In this document: positions 1 through 10,282 of the stretch, in pieces
Numbering within the stretch: the first letter of the stretch is position 1
Layout of the letters: each line of letters starts with the position of its first letter
NCBI GenBank assembly: GCA_052426225.1
Contig: JBNJNM010000006.1
Span: 124,001 to 188,000 of the forward strand
DNA from: Zancudomyces culisetae HAW-14-8
Taxonomy: Eukaryota > Fungi > Kickxellomycota
DNA length: 64,000 nt
Direction: 5' to 3'
Position numbers and translations under genes: made by a program
Notes under the pieces: model-generated
The model's input: only the letters and a program-made list of their open reading frames with translations
Told to the model about the DNA's origin: nothing
The model's database searches: none

Positions 1-3000
1 TTTCTGAACCTTGATGGGTACCAAAGGATGCTTCTTAGTTCTTCCGTCTTTATACAGCTGACAGGTATGGCAGCTTTGAACTATCTCGTATACATCTTTG
101 TAAAGTTCTGTTCCGCAATATCTGGCACTGACCCGCTTCCAGGTATTCTCTATACCTTCATGAGACTCTTCGTGAATTTTATTGATTATTTCCTTATAAT
201 TTCGCTCGTGAAGCACCTCTTTCAGAATCTTTTTAACTCTCTTAAATAGCTTTCCTTCTATTAATCTGTACTGCCTGGATTTATTCCTCAAGCGTTTTCG
301 AAAATTCTCGTCACTATTCCTAGGATAGGATAGGTCCGCCAAGTACTGTCTTACCGCCTCATGTTCTAGGTATCCCATTGCACACACGTCCAATTCTTCC
401 GGTTTGTCCTCTGTGCTTTCCGTAACCAATCTTGACAGTCCGTCAGCAGGATTAAATTTTCCCGGTAAGTGTTCTATTTCAAAATCATAGTTCCTTAGCA
501 CCATCGCCCATCTGGCGATTCTCCCGGAGATATCAGGCCCATGGAATATCTGTATCAGGGACTTGTGATCTGTACGAATACGGAATTTCCTGCCCCAAAC
601 GTAATACTTGTACTTCTTCACCGCCCATACTACAGCCAGCGCTTCTAGATGGCTTATACTGTAATTCTTCTCTGCCTTATTGGTTGTCCTACTTGCAAAC
701 TCGATCACTCTTTCCGAACCTTTTTCACCTTGCGAAAGTACGGCTCCAATCCCTAGCATAGATGCATCCGTAGTGATGACAAATTCCTGTTCCCAATCCG
801 GATGGCCCAGTACTGGTGCAGTCGTTAGTAATGTCTTTAGCTGTGTTACTGCCCCGGCTTGCTCTTCGGTCCACCTCCACTTTTCGTCTTTCTTGAGTAA
901 CCTGGTTAGTGGGTTTGCTATCCGTGCATAGTTTGGAATGTACTTTCTATAGTACCCCGTCAATCCTAGGAGAGATTGTACTTCCTTTATATTTGTTGGT
1001 TCTTTGACTGTCTGTATCGCTGATATTTTCTTCGGACTCGTGCCAATACCTTTATCTGAGACCACGTGCCCCAAGTAATCTATTTCTTTTTGACCTATGG
1101 CACATTTGTTACGGTGTAGCTGGATCTTGTTCTTCCTCAACAAGTTAAATACCAGTTCCAGATCCTTTGCGTGTTCGTCCACTTCTTTTGAAAACACTAT
1201 GATGTCGTCTATAAAGACGACGGCCTTTTTCCACAACACCGGTTTTAATATCTGCTCCATAGTCCTTTGGAACGTTGCTGGACTATTCGTTAGCCCAAAG
1301 GGCATAACGTTGTATCTAAAGCTACCACTCCCTGGAAGGGCAAAACTCGTCTTGTCCTTATCTGTTTCCCGCATTTTGATTTGCCAGAATCCACTTAGCG
1401 CGTCTAGGGAGCTAAAAATCACTGCCCCTGACAACGCCATAAATAGATCCTGGATAACGGGTAAAGGATACGAATCCTTTTTTGTAACTTTGTTGAGCTG
1501 TCGGTAATCTGCGCAAACTCGCAACTTACCATCCTTCTTGTGAACGATTACGACAGGCGAGCACCATTCGGCGTTGCTTGGTTCAATGATTCCTTTCTCT
1601 AACATTTCCTTTAACTGCTCTTCTACTTTCTCTTGTAACCTAAAGGGAATCCGATATGGCCGCTGACGAATGGGTTTGTCTACTTCTAGCTCAATCCTAT
1701 GTTCGGCTACGTCGGTCTGCTTCAAATCTGAAATATCCTCGACAAAAATGTCATCATATTCAGCTAGTACCTTCCTAGTATTCTCGTCTATGTAATCTTC
1801 CTTGCACTCGGGTCCTTCTTTCAAAATTAAATAGATTTCTGATTCTATTTCCTGAACTTCGTTGGATGTTACCAGTCTTGAAATTACTTCCGCATTCTCA
1901 ATGGGGAACCTTATTTCCGGTACGCGCAGGTTTATGGAAGCCCGGTGTTGTACCAACCAATCAGTACCTAGGATCAACGTACCTTCGTTTTTTGACATAA
2001 CTACTAGGTTTGCTGGAAAGACAAATGAGGCTATCTTAACTGGAACTCTATTTACTTTTCCTAGCGTAGGGTGTCGTTTCCCATCAGCAGTTACTATTAT
2101 TTGCTTCGAGGAACTTTCCACACCAACTCCCCATTCATCAATCATATTAATAGAAACCACGGAACATGCTGCTCCTGTGTCTATTACGGCCATGATCTCT
2201 TGCCCGAACACTTCCACCAAGGCTCTGCAGTTTGTAGTCTTCTTTTCTTGTAGTTGGATTTCATTTATTTCAGCTGCTTCGGCCCTATCGCAAATCTTAA
2301 CTAGTTCCTTTGACAATGATGGTGAGGTATTCAAGAGTTGAATTAAGTTGATTTTCGGATACACCTTTTCGAGTTCTTCCTTGAGTGAAAACTTCTTGTT
2401 TCCATCTACTACCTTATTGTAGTATCTTTTAGTTAACTGTGCTCTAAGCGGTATGTCCTCTCTAACTTCCTCAATCTCTTTCTCTACCTCAGTTGCTTCT
2501 GCACTTGTCATATTTCTCTCTTGGGTTACGGTTCTATTAGCTCGCTTACTAGGTCTTTGATCTGAGCTTTTGTCATTTTGAGCATAACCCCTCTTTTCTA
2601 CTGCAAATATCTCTTGATCTTTGACGTCATCCATCTTGACTAAATCTATATAGTTCACGTTGGTACCTGCCTCTTCCTTTGATCCCTTGTTCTGTTGTGC
2701 TTTCCACTTTTGGCACTCAAATCTTCTGTGACCTTCTTCCTGGCAAAAGTAACAGGTATAGCTTCTTGTATTTGCGGTGTTATAGCTTTTCAGCTTCTTG
2801 TCAATAGCTTCGTCGACCCTGGATAACAGGTTGACGCTCATCTCTTCAAATTTTTTAATCATCGCTGCGTATGGTGCCTGATCCTTAGCCATTTCCTTTA
2901 TAGTTTTTCCTTGCTTACTAGCTGCGTTACGAGTTGCTTCCTTGATCTTTACACCTACGCCTTCCATTTTCATTTTTGCATCTTTTCTGGTTCGTTGAAA

Positions 3001-3456
3001 CTTCTGTACGTGTGCAACCACTGCATCCCAACTGGTATACTCAATACTTTCAACACTTTCTTTGCAATCCGGATTCAGTGTACTTATGAGTAGGTTTATC
3101 CTCATGTCATTGTCTATGATCCCTGCCTTGGTGCATAGCTGTTCTACCTCATACTCTAGTTCCTCAATGCTGCTAAAGTCTGCTTGTCTGATATCTTTAA
3201 GCCTGTCCCAGATCCTTGTCTTGGATTCCTTGATAGTAAACTTGTTCTTCATTGCCTTGCTAAACGCTTTCCAGTCAGTAAAGGTACCTTTACTCTTCTT
3301 GTACCACAAGACTTCTTTCTTTCCCAAGTATAACCTTGCCAAGTCAACCCAATCATCCTCGCTCCAGCCATTCTGTTTAGCTACGAGTCTAAAGTTATCT
3401 GTCCATTCTTCCGGATCATGACCTTGATCTGCCTCAAACACTGTTGGAGTTATCAT
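1..3456 (-). CDS. G1 single-ORF Gag-Pol polyprotein, partial (open to the window edge)
   Basis: ATG at 3456 (MITPTVFEADQGHDPEEW), CCHC knuckle CYFCQEEGHRRFEC, protease IDTGAACS, RT VFIDDII, RNase H TDAS, start of the integrase zinc-binding region near position 100. The ORF track lists no minus-strand fragments here, as expected for an unbroken frame with no stop inside the window. Confidence 0.9.
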   Translation of the reverse strand, partial: MITPTVFEADQGHDPEEWTDNFRLVAKQNGWSEDDWVDLARLYLGKKEVLWYKKSKGTFTDWKAFSKAMKNKFTIKESKTRIWDRLKDIRQADFSSIEELEYEVEQLCTKAGIIDNDMRINLLISTLNPDCKESVESIEYTSWDAVVAHVQKFQRTRKDAKMKMEGVGVKIKEATRNAASKQGKTIKEMAKDQAPYAAMIKKFEEMSVNLLSRVDEAIDKKLKSYNTANTRSYTCYFCQEEGHRRFECQKWKAQQNKGSKEEAGTNVNYIDLVKMDDVKDQEIFAVEKRGYAQNDKSSDQRPSKRANRTVTQERNMTSAEATEVEKEIEEVREDIPLRAQLTKRYYNKVVDGNKKFSLKEELEKVYPKINLIQLLNTSPSLSKELVKICDRAEAAEINEIQLQEKKTTNCRALVEVFGQEIMAVIDTGAACSVVSINMIDEWGVGVESSSKQIIVTADGKRHPTLGKVNRVPVKIASFVFPANLVVMSKNEGTLILGTDWLVQHRASINLRVPEIRFPIENAEVISRLVTSNEVQEIESEIYLILKEGPECKEDYIDENTRKVLAEYDDIFVEDISDLKQTDVAEHRIELEVDKPIRQRPYRIPFRLQEKVEEQLKEMLEKGIIEPSNAEWCSPVVIVHKKDGKLRVCADYRQLNKVTKKDSYPLPVIQDLFMALSGAVIFSSLDALSGFWQIKMRETDKDKTSFALPGSGSFRYNVMPFGLTNSPATFQRTMEQILKPVLWKKAVVFIDDIIVFSKEVDEHAKDLELVFNLLRKNKIQLHRNKCAIGQKEIDYLGHVVSDKGIGTSPKKISAIQTVKEPTNIKEVQSLLGLTGYYRKYIPNYARIANPLTRLLKKDEKWRWTEEQAGAVTQLKTLLTTAPVLGHPDWEQEFVITTDASMLGIGAVLSQGEKGSERVIEFASRTTNKAEKNYSISHLEALAVVWAVKKYKYYVWGRKFRIRTDHKSLIQIFHGPDISGRIARWAMVLRNYDFEIEHLPGKFNPADGLSRLVTESTEDKPEELDVCAMGYLEHEAVRQYLADLSYPRNSDENFRKRLRNKSRQYRLIEGKLFKRVKKILKEVLHERNYKEIINKIHEESHEGIENTWKRVSARYCGTELYKDVYEIVQSCHTCQLYKDGRTKKHPLVPIKVQK

Positions 3457-3480
3457 CTTGTTATCAATACTAGGTTTTTA

Positions 3481-3499
3481 GGCCTAGCTGGGAGCGCCA
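3481..3499 (-). promoter_or_regulatory. tRNA primer-binding site of G1
   Basis: Starts TGG (complement of tRNA CCA) next to the 5' LTR; identical 19 nt at 8761-8779. Confidence 0.9.
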
Positions 3500-4254
3500 C
3501 TGTTATATTTTATTTCTAAAATATATGTATTTACTATAATTGTTCTATAATATTTCTTTAAGTTACTGTTATTAACTATAACAAGGTAATTATATTTTTA
3601 ACTGATTATTTTTCTGTATATCTTTCTTTATTTTGTCAAATATTTCCCTTTTTTATACTTTTTTTCTTTCTAAGTAAAAATTAATTTAAACTAAGATACT
3701 GAAACTAAACTTCTTTAATACTAAAACAATAAATTACTATTAAAAATTATATGACTAAACAAACGTTTGTATTGCGACACTATGAGTCATCAGAAAAAAC
3801 TAGATGACGTTATTTTCATCGATAGTGAAAAAAACTGATCCTCATTAGTTATCGCAAACTAATAATTTGTTCGTTTGCATGATGACTAATTAATTAGTCA
3901 TCATGCTCTCCTGCCCACTATATGACATTTTTTGTTATAGAATTTTACAATTCTATGATTATTTAATATTCTTATTGTATTATATGTTTATTACTAAGTA
4001 TATTATTTTTGTATTATTGTTCTTTTTAATACTATATATGTTTAACTTAATATTTTGTTAAGATGTGTTTTTATTTAATTCAAAGTGGGCGGTTGCTTTA
4101 ACCCCCAGATAATAATATAATTAATGAGGAAATATAATGTAAATAACTAACTAAACTATTGGACAAAAACCACAGGGGGAAAAAAGGTCCAATCTCAAAA
4201 CTATTAACTAAAAACCTAATGAATAAATAAAGCTAATTATATAAAATCGTATCT

Positions 4255-7200
4255 TCATACGACAGAACCCCGGTCCCAGATTGGGCCTACCGGTTTAGGT
4301 GTACGGAAGCGTACCAACTTGGTTCTTAATGGTGTACTAATCTCTGGTATCATGTATCTACTTTGATGATAATGCTTTAGCATATCACCGTTTACTAGAT
4401 CGCGGTTCCCTTCACTATCTGATATGACGTAAGTTCCTTTGTTCAACCTTCGGTCTACCTTGTATGGTCCTTCCCATACTTGTTCTAGCTTTGGCATGGG
4501 TTGTTCGGTCAGTTTAAGTACTATATCACCCTCCTTAAATGCTGAGGGTCTCACTCTGCTGTCGTATCTGATTTTTTCTTTTTCTTTTTCAGCGATACTG
4601 TTACTTAGTCCTACATTTCTAAGTTCAGGTATATCGGTTTTTATTGCATCAATCCTTTCTTGTATAGCTATATCGAGATCGCTAATTTCGGGTGGTGGTG
4701 CCCATAGGGCTGGCGTTGTTAATTTTACGCCGTATAATAATTCCGCAGGACTATATTTCGTAGCTCGGTTTCGCATCGTTCGAATGGCAAGCAGAGTTTT
4801 CCAAAGGTACTTGTCCCAATTACCTTTGTTCTTATGACACTGCTTCACTAACGTATTCTTCAGAGTCTGATTAAGCCGTTCCACCTGCCCATTACTCTGG
4901 GGCCTATAGGAAGTGGTGGGTGTGTGCTTAATCTGGAGGAAGTCGTAAACCTTGGCTGCTTGTTCACTGATGAAACCTGATCCTCTGTCCGTTATTATTT
5001 GATCCGGTACGCCATAGTGTTGCACTATTTGTGTAATAATAAAGTTAACTATTGTTTTAGTCTTTATGTTTTCAACAGCCTCAGCCACGGGCCACTTTGT
5101 AAAATAATCGATTCCAGTGAGTATAAAGCGATTTCCTGTTGACGATATTGGGTTTATTGGCCCCACTGCGTCTAATCCAAATATACTAAATGGCTTATAT
5201 GAATATATAGGATGAAGTCTGTTTCTTTTTATACGTCCTCCTTTAAATAGCTGACAATCATGGCATTGCTCTACAACTTTTCTTACTGTTTCGAAAAGCC
5301 CTTCGCCTGTATAAGTGTCTTTCATTCGTTCCCATGTATTCTCTACCCCATTATGATTTTCGTTATGTATTCGCTCTACTGTATCGCGCATGGTGCCTTC
5401 GTGAAGTACTTCTTTAATATTTCCTTTTATATATCGAACTAGTTTATCGTCTCTAACCCTGTATTTTGTTGCCCTGTTTCTTATTTTTAACTGTTGGCTT
5501 TCGCTACTATTTTCTGGATACCTAGAGTTAGTGATATAGTTTTTTATAGCATTATATTCAATAGATGATAGTGTAAAAATTTGAATCTCATTAGGTGATT
5601 CTTCAGCGTCCTTTGATACCAAACGTGAAAGCGCGTCGGCAGGATTCGTTTTTCCTGGACAATGTTCAATAGTGTAGTCGTAGTTTCTCAGCATCATAGC
5701 CCATCGGGCTACTCTGCCTGTAATCTCTTTGGAATTGAATAACTGCAATAACGACTTATGGTCAGTGCGTATCGTGAAGTGTTTTCCCCAGAGATAATAC
5801 TTTAGCTTTTGGATAGACCAGATTACCGCTAGACCCTCCAGATGTGAAATTGAGTAATTACGTTCGTGCTTATTAGTGATTCTACTTATAAAACATACCG
5901 GTCTCTCTCCATCATCAAATTTTTGCGAAAGTATACCCCCGATTCCAATCACGGAAGCGTCAGTTGTTACAATGAACTCACGCTCCCAATCTGGATGAGC
6001 TAACGTTGGTGCTTTTGACATCTTTTCTTTTATTGCTTCCATTGCCTGCTCACATGTTTTATCCCAATTCCACGGCTGTCCTTTTTTCAGTAGCTTTAAC
6101 AGCGGTGCGATAGTCGTAGCATAATTTTCCACGTATTTCCTATAAAAGCCTATCAAACCTAAAAATGATTGAAGCTCTTTAACTGATGTAGGTGCTCTTG
6201 CTTTCTTAATGGATTCAACTTTTTTCATGCTTGTTCTCACGCCGTTCGTAGTTATCACATGGCCGAGGTATTCCAATTCTTTCATTCCTAAGAAACATTT
6301 TGCTTCATGCAACTGTACCTTTCCTCCTCGTAGTAAATTAAATACCTCCTTTAGATGCACTAAATGCTCCTCTACCGTTTTCGAGTAAACAATTATGTCA
6401 TCGACAAATACTATCGCTGTCTTCCACAGAACAGGTGCAAGAATCTTCTCCATTAGCCGCTGAAAAGAGGCAGGACTGTTCGTTAAGCCGAACGGCATAA
6501 CATTGTAACAAAAACTGCCAGTACCGGGTATAGAAAATGCTGTTTTATCTCGATCCTCTTTGGCCATACGGATTTGCCAAAATCCGCTTAAGGCATCAAG
6601 AGATGAGTATATCTTTGCTCCCGCGACAGCCATAAAAATATCCTCAATAGTTGGCAGTGGGTAGGTGTCTTTCTTAGTCTGTTCGTTAAGTTTTCTGTAG
6701 TCCGTACATATCCTAAGTTTACCATTCTTTTTCCAAACGGTGACCACTGGGGAACACCATTCGGACATGCACTTGGATATTACACCGTTATTCTCCATTA
6801 TCTGTAATTCGTCTCTTACTTTTGTGTATAGGTGATGCGGGATCCTATAGGGTTTTAACTTTATAGGGGTATCGTCTTTTAGTATTATTCTGTGTTCCGC
6901 TTGATCTGTCTGTGTTAGCTGTTCCAAATCAAATGCGAAGATATCCCTATTATCTGCCTTCATAGCTTCGATTCGTGGGTCACTATACTTTAAGCTATCA
7001 TCAACAGGTGATTGGTTTTCTTTAAGCATTAAAAACAATTCACTTTCCTCACATTCCTCGTAGCCTGGCACATCCTGTGTGTGCAGTGGTACTATAAGCA
7101 TTATCCGTTCCAGCGGTAGTCTAAGCTCTGAATCTTTAATATTCAGTTGTGCCTGGTGCCTCATAAGCCAATCCATCCCTAAAATTAGGCTATCATCTTT

Positions 7201-8697
7201 ACGTTGCATTATAGTTAAATTTGTTGTAAACCTATTGTTTCCTATTCTTAGCGGAATATCCCTCACAGTGCCTAATGAATGATGCCTCATTCCGTCTGCA
7301 GTTATGATTACCTGGTCGTTTTCCTCATCCATGATTAGTCCCCATCCTTCTACCATTCTTGGTGTAGCAACGGAGCACGCAGCTCCTGTATCAACAACTG
7401 CCCATATTTCCTTGTTGTAAACTGTCACAATTATTCTGCAGTTGGTAGTGCGCGGTCTGGCAAACTTCAGCTCGTTGATTTCCTGCTTTTTTGTCTTCTT
7501 GCATAAACTTATCATTTCGCTGTTCAACGATGGTGCAACACTCATAAGTTGCGGGAAGGATATTGTTGGATTCCATTTAGCAAGTTGATCCACTAATGAG
7601 AATGGTTCTATCCCTTCTGCCATTTTTATCTCGGTTTTTACTTTAGTTTTTGAAGCTTGCGCTACATTATCCTGTTCTATCTCCTGCTTAAGCTTTTCTT
7701 GTTTTAAGTTGTTTTTTGATCTATAACTAACCTTGTTTCTAGCTGGGTCTGGATCTTCTACTTGCATTGACAGTTCTGCATTTGGTACATACTTGTTGTT
7801 AACAACTGTATCTGCACTATCCTGAATTTTCACTGCCTCTTTTCTTGTGTATGGCGTACTCTGTTTGTTCCCTGGTGCCCTTCGTTGTACAGCTAAGATT
7901 TCCATTGGTGAAATATCCTCATGAGCTAGTTCTAAAAAATTAACATTCTTAGTGTACTTTGACTCTGATTTATTCTCAGCTTCTTTCAGCTTGGGGCATT
8001 CGTACTTTTTATGTCCCTCCTTGCGACAGTGAAAGCATGTAACAACCCTAGGGTATGTACGTTGGTACCTATTTCTTCTAGATTCAAAAAACTTCTTCTC
8101 AACCGCCTCGTCTACTTTGCTTAGTAAATTTAAACTCAACTGTTCCATTCTTTCTAGTATCTCCTTATATTCTCCTGAACCACTGTTTACTTTTCTACTC
8201 AGACTAGCTTGTTTCCCTTCTTTTTCTACATCCTTTTCCCTGTCTGCTATCCATTTAACAACTGCATCCCATGTTTGTAAATTATTATCCCTAACTTTGA
8301 TCTTGATATCACTGCTCAATGAACTCACGAGCCAGTTATATTTTGCATTAGTATCCTCAATCCCGGCCTTGCTTAAAGCACTCTCCAAAGCAAATTCTAG
8401 TTCTTCTATAGACTCATAGTTTTCTTGTTTAATTTCCTTGAGTTTGTCGTAACTTACATAGCCTTGCTCTGCAGATGCAAATTTAGATTTAAATTCCACT
8501 GTGAAAGTAACCCAGTCACTAAACGTTGCGACATTCTTTTTATACCAAACTAGTTCACGCTTGCCTAACTTTAACTGCGCTAAATCAACCCAATCTGCTG
8601 CGTCCCACTTATTCAACTTGGCAATCAATCTAAACTGCTTTAACCACTCTTCTGGGTCAGTGCCCATGGATGATTCAAAACGAGGGATACTTTCCAT
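4255..8697 (-). CDS. G2 Gag-Pol polyprotein (Gag-CCHC-PR-RT-RNaseH-IN), 1480 aa
   Basis: CFHCRKEGHKKYEC, VVDTGAACS, YNVMPFGL...FVDD, TDAS, integrase LDAVGP/ITDRGS/QVERLN and WEGPY; no chromodomain. Confidence 0.97.
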   Translation of the reverse strand: MESIPRFESSMGTDPEEWLKQFRLIAKLNKWDAADWVDLAQLKLGKRELVWYKKNVATFSDWVTFTVEFKSKFASAEQGYVSYDKLKEIKQENYESIEELEFALESALSKAGIEDTNAKYNWLVSSLSSDIKIKVRDNNLQTWDAVVKWIADREKDVEKEGKQASLSRKVNSGSGEYKEILERMEQLSLNLLSKVDEAVEKKFFESRRNRYQRTYPRVVTCFHCRKEGHKKYECPKLKEAENKSESKYTKNVNFLELAHEDISPMEILAVQRRAPGNKQSTPYTRKEAVKIQDSADTVVNNKYVPNAELSMQVEDPDPARNKVSYRSKNNLKQEKLKQEIEQDNVAQASKTKVKTEIKMAEGIEPFSLVDQLAKWNPTISFPQLMSVAPSLNSEMISLCKKTKKQEINELKFARPRTTNCRIIVTVYNKEIWAVVDTGAACSVATPRMVEGWGLIMDEENDQVIITADGMRHHSLGTVRDIPLRIGNNRFTTNLTIMQRKDDSLILGMDWLMRHQAQLNIKDSELRLPLERIMLIVPLHTQDVPGYEECEESELFLMLKENQSPVDDSLKYSDPRIEAMKADNRDIFAFDLEQLTQTDQAEHRIILKDDTPIKLKPYRIPHHLYTKVRDELQIMENNGVISKCMSEWCSPVVTVWKKNGKLRICTDYRKLNEQTKKDTYPLPTIEDIFMAVAGAKIYSSLDALSGFWQIRMAKEDRDKTAFSIPGTGSFCYNVMPFGLTNSPASFQRLMEKILAPVLWKTAIVFVDDIIVYSKTVEEHLVHLKEVFNLLRGGKVQLHEAKCFLGMKELEYLGHVITTNGVRTSMKKVESIKKARAPTSVKELQSFLGLIGFYRKYVENYATTIAPLLKLLKKGQPWNWDKTCEQAMEAIKEKMSKAPTLAHPDWEREFIVTTDASVIGIGGILSQKFDDGERPVCFISRITNKHERNYSISHLEGLAVIWSIQKLKYYLWGKHFTIRTDHKSLLQLFNSKEITGRVARWAMMLRNYDYTIEHCPGKTNPADALSRLVSKDAEESPNEIQIFTLSSIEYNAIKNYITNSRYPENSSESQQLKIRNRATKYRVRDDKLVRYIKGNIKEVLHEGTMRDTVERIHNENHNGVENTWERMKDTYTGEGLFETVRKVVEQCHDCQLFKGGRIKRNRLHPIYSYKPFSIFGLDAVGPINPISSTGNRFILTGIDYFTKWPVAEAVENIKTKTIVNFIITQIVQHYGVPDQIITDRGSGFISEQAAKVYDFLQIKHTPTTSYRPQSNGQVERLNQTLKNTLVKQCHKNKGNWDKYLWKTLLAIRTMRNRATKYSPAELLYGVKLTTPALWAPPPEISDLDIAIQERIDAIKTDIPELRNVGLSNSIAEKEKEKIRYDSRVRPSAFKEGDIVLKLTEQPMPKLEQVWEGPYKVDRRLNKGTYVISDSEGNRDLVNGDMLKHYHQSRYMIPEISTPLRTKLVRFRTPKPVGPIWDRGSVV

Positions 8698-8760
8698 TTT
8701 AGCTGTAAGTCCTTAACCTATCTTGAAAAAGTTACTTTTATTACCATAGGCATATGTTCT

Positions 8761-8779
8761 GGCCTAGCTGGGAGCGCCA
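8761..8779 (-). promoter_or_regulatory. tRNA primer-binding site of G2
   Basis: TGGCGCTCCCAGCTAGGCC adjacent to the 5' LTR, identical to the G1 PBS. Confidence 0.9.
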
Positions 8780-9115
8780 CTGTTATAGAATTTCACAATT
8801 CTATGATTATTTAATATTCTTATTGTATTATATGTTTATTACTAAGTATATTATTTTTGTATTATTGTTCTTTTTAATACTATATATGTTTAACTTAATA
8901 TTTTGTTAAGATGTGTTTTTATTTAATTCAAAGTGGGCGGTTGCTTTAACCCCCAGATAATAATATAATTAATGAGGAAATATAATGTAAATAACTAACT
9001 AAACTATTGGACAAAAACCACAGGGGGAAAAAAGGTCCAATCTCAAAACTATTAACTAAAAACCTAATGAATAAATAAAGCTAATTATATAAAATCGTAT
9101 CTTCATACGACATTT

Positions 9116-9370
9116 TGTTGTGTGTTGCCATGTTTAACGTCCCATTTAGTGTTTTTTACACCAAATAACACACGGGACGGGTCATTTTACTTACCTTTTA
9201 CTATATGCTGCGAATTATTATACAGTAATTTACGATTTTGCAAAAGAGGACATTTATTTAGTTAAACAAAAATTTCAATTTTATACAATAAAATCTACAA
9301 AAAATCTAACTAAAAATTACAAAACACAATTAACCAATGGAAATGTTTCACCTATTGTAGGCATACAACA
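9116..9370. mobile_element. Solo LTR S1 (255 bp)
   Basis: TGTTGT...ACAACA inverted termini; shares CATGTTTAA, GGACGGG and TTAACCAAT blocks with 10055-10277. Confidence 0.8.
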
Positions 9371-9374
9371 TTTT

Positions 9375-9745
9375 TGTCGTGAATTTAAATCATCGCAATT
9401 TATATTTTTTCCCAATGGGTTTTTAATAAATTGCAAAGATGGTTAAATTAAATTCACGTAACATCCTTGTAAATCTGAGAATCACACTGTCATAGATGAG
9501 TCATGGGAATCATCTATAAATGATTTACAACATCTTTTCCCATTCAACAAGGGGAAACCCCCTGTTTCAATAATATTATTATAATTCATATTTCACATGT
9601 TTAAAACAGTTATAACTTTATAATTAAATTTATTATAGTAGTAGTTCGTTAGACCCAAAAAATTATATAAGGGCAAATAATTTCTATCTAGTTTTCGATA
9701 TGACTTAAGCAAATAAAAATATAAAAATATAATATTCACACGACA
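9375..9745. mobile_element. Solo LTR S2 (371 bp)
   Basis: Perfect 7-bp inverted termini TGTCGTG...CACGACA, with TTTT on both sides. Confidence 0.82.
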
Positions 9746-9749
9746 TTTT

Positions 9750-10049
9750 TGTTGTAGAATCTATAAAACTGTAATGTTTGTTTATTTTCTTATTTGTTTA
9801 ATACTATTATAACTTATTATTATATTATGTAATTAAAAGATTATTTTATTCCTTTTTTGTTGAGGGCATTCTCCTATACCCTGAATTATCTTCGATAATA
9901 AAACTAAATGTTATTCTACTTAATGACTAAAAATATTGATTGACAAAAACCACAAGGGGAAAAAGGTACAATCTCAGCTAACTATACGAATATTAATAAA
10001 ACTCAATAATTTAAATTAAAAATAACTATCGTCGTATTCTCATACGACA
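9750..10049 (-). mobile_element. Solo LTR S3 (300 bp), related to the G2 LTR
   Basis: TGTTGTAGAAT...CATACGACA; shares GACAAAAACCACA.GGGGA..AAAGGT.CAATCTC and the terminal CATACGACA with G2. Confidence 0.88.
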
Positions 10050-10054
10050 TTTTT

Positions 10055-10277
10055 TGGTGTATAATTACATGTTTAAGCTCCTACTGAGTAATATAATTAC
10101 CCAGTATTATACAGGACGGGACTTTTATTATTATATATTAGGTCTATAATTATTGTGGGAGAAAAAGACAATTTATTAATTAATTCAAAACTAGACTATT
10201 TAATGCATAAAATAATACTAATTAAATTAACCAATAAAATACAAGGAAATACAGGTATATAATTCCACTATATAACA
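10055..10277. mobile_element. Solo LTR S4 (223 bp), related to S1
   Basis: TGGTGTATA...TATATAACA; collinear motifs with S1. Confidence 0.75.
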
Positions 10278-10282
10278 ATTTT

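Larger units (their letters stand above)
1..3927 (-). mobile_element. Ty3/Gypsy LTR retrotransposon 'G1' (3' part runs off the window); 5' LTR 3501-3927, PBS 3481-3499
   Basis: Minus-strand gag-pol frame. The LTR has TG...CA ends (TGTTATA...TATGACA) and a homologous solo copy at 10702-11524. PBS TGGCGCTCCCAGCTAGGCC lies 1 nt inside the LTR. Confidence 0.95.
3933..9112 (-). mobile_element. Full-length Ty3/Gypsy retrotransposon 'G2'; LTRs 3933-4264 and 8781-9112 (332 bp each)
   Basis: Direct-repeat LTRs with one visible mismatch (AATTTTACA vs AATTTCACA), TG...CA ends, PBS at 8761-8779, TTTT on both flanks, intact 1480-aa ORF. Confidence 0.97.

Noticed and set aside
3481-3499. PBS read as complementary to tRNA-Sec (CCTA + 9-nt GCTGGGAGC + G + CCA fits a 9/4 fold)
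   Set aside because: A standard 7/5 tRNA with an 18-nt PBS fits at least as well, and the 9/4 reading puts GG at the end of the T-loop. Not supportable without the tRNA set.
28-8716. Many short + strand ORFs opposite G1 and G2
   Set aside because: Antisense shadows of gag-pol with no recognisable motifs.
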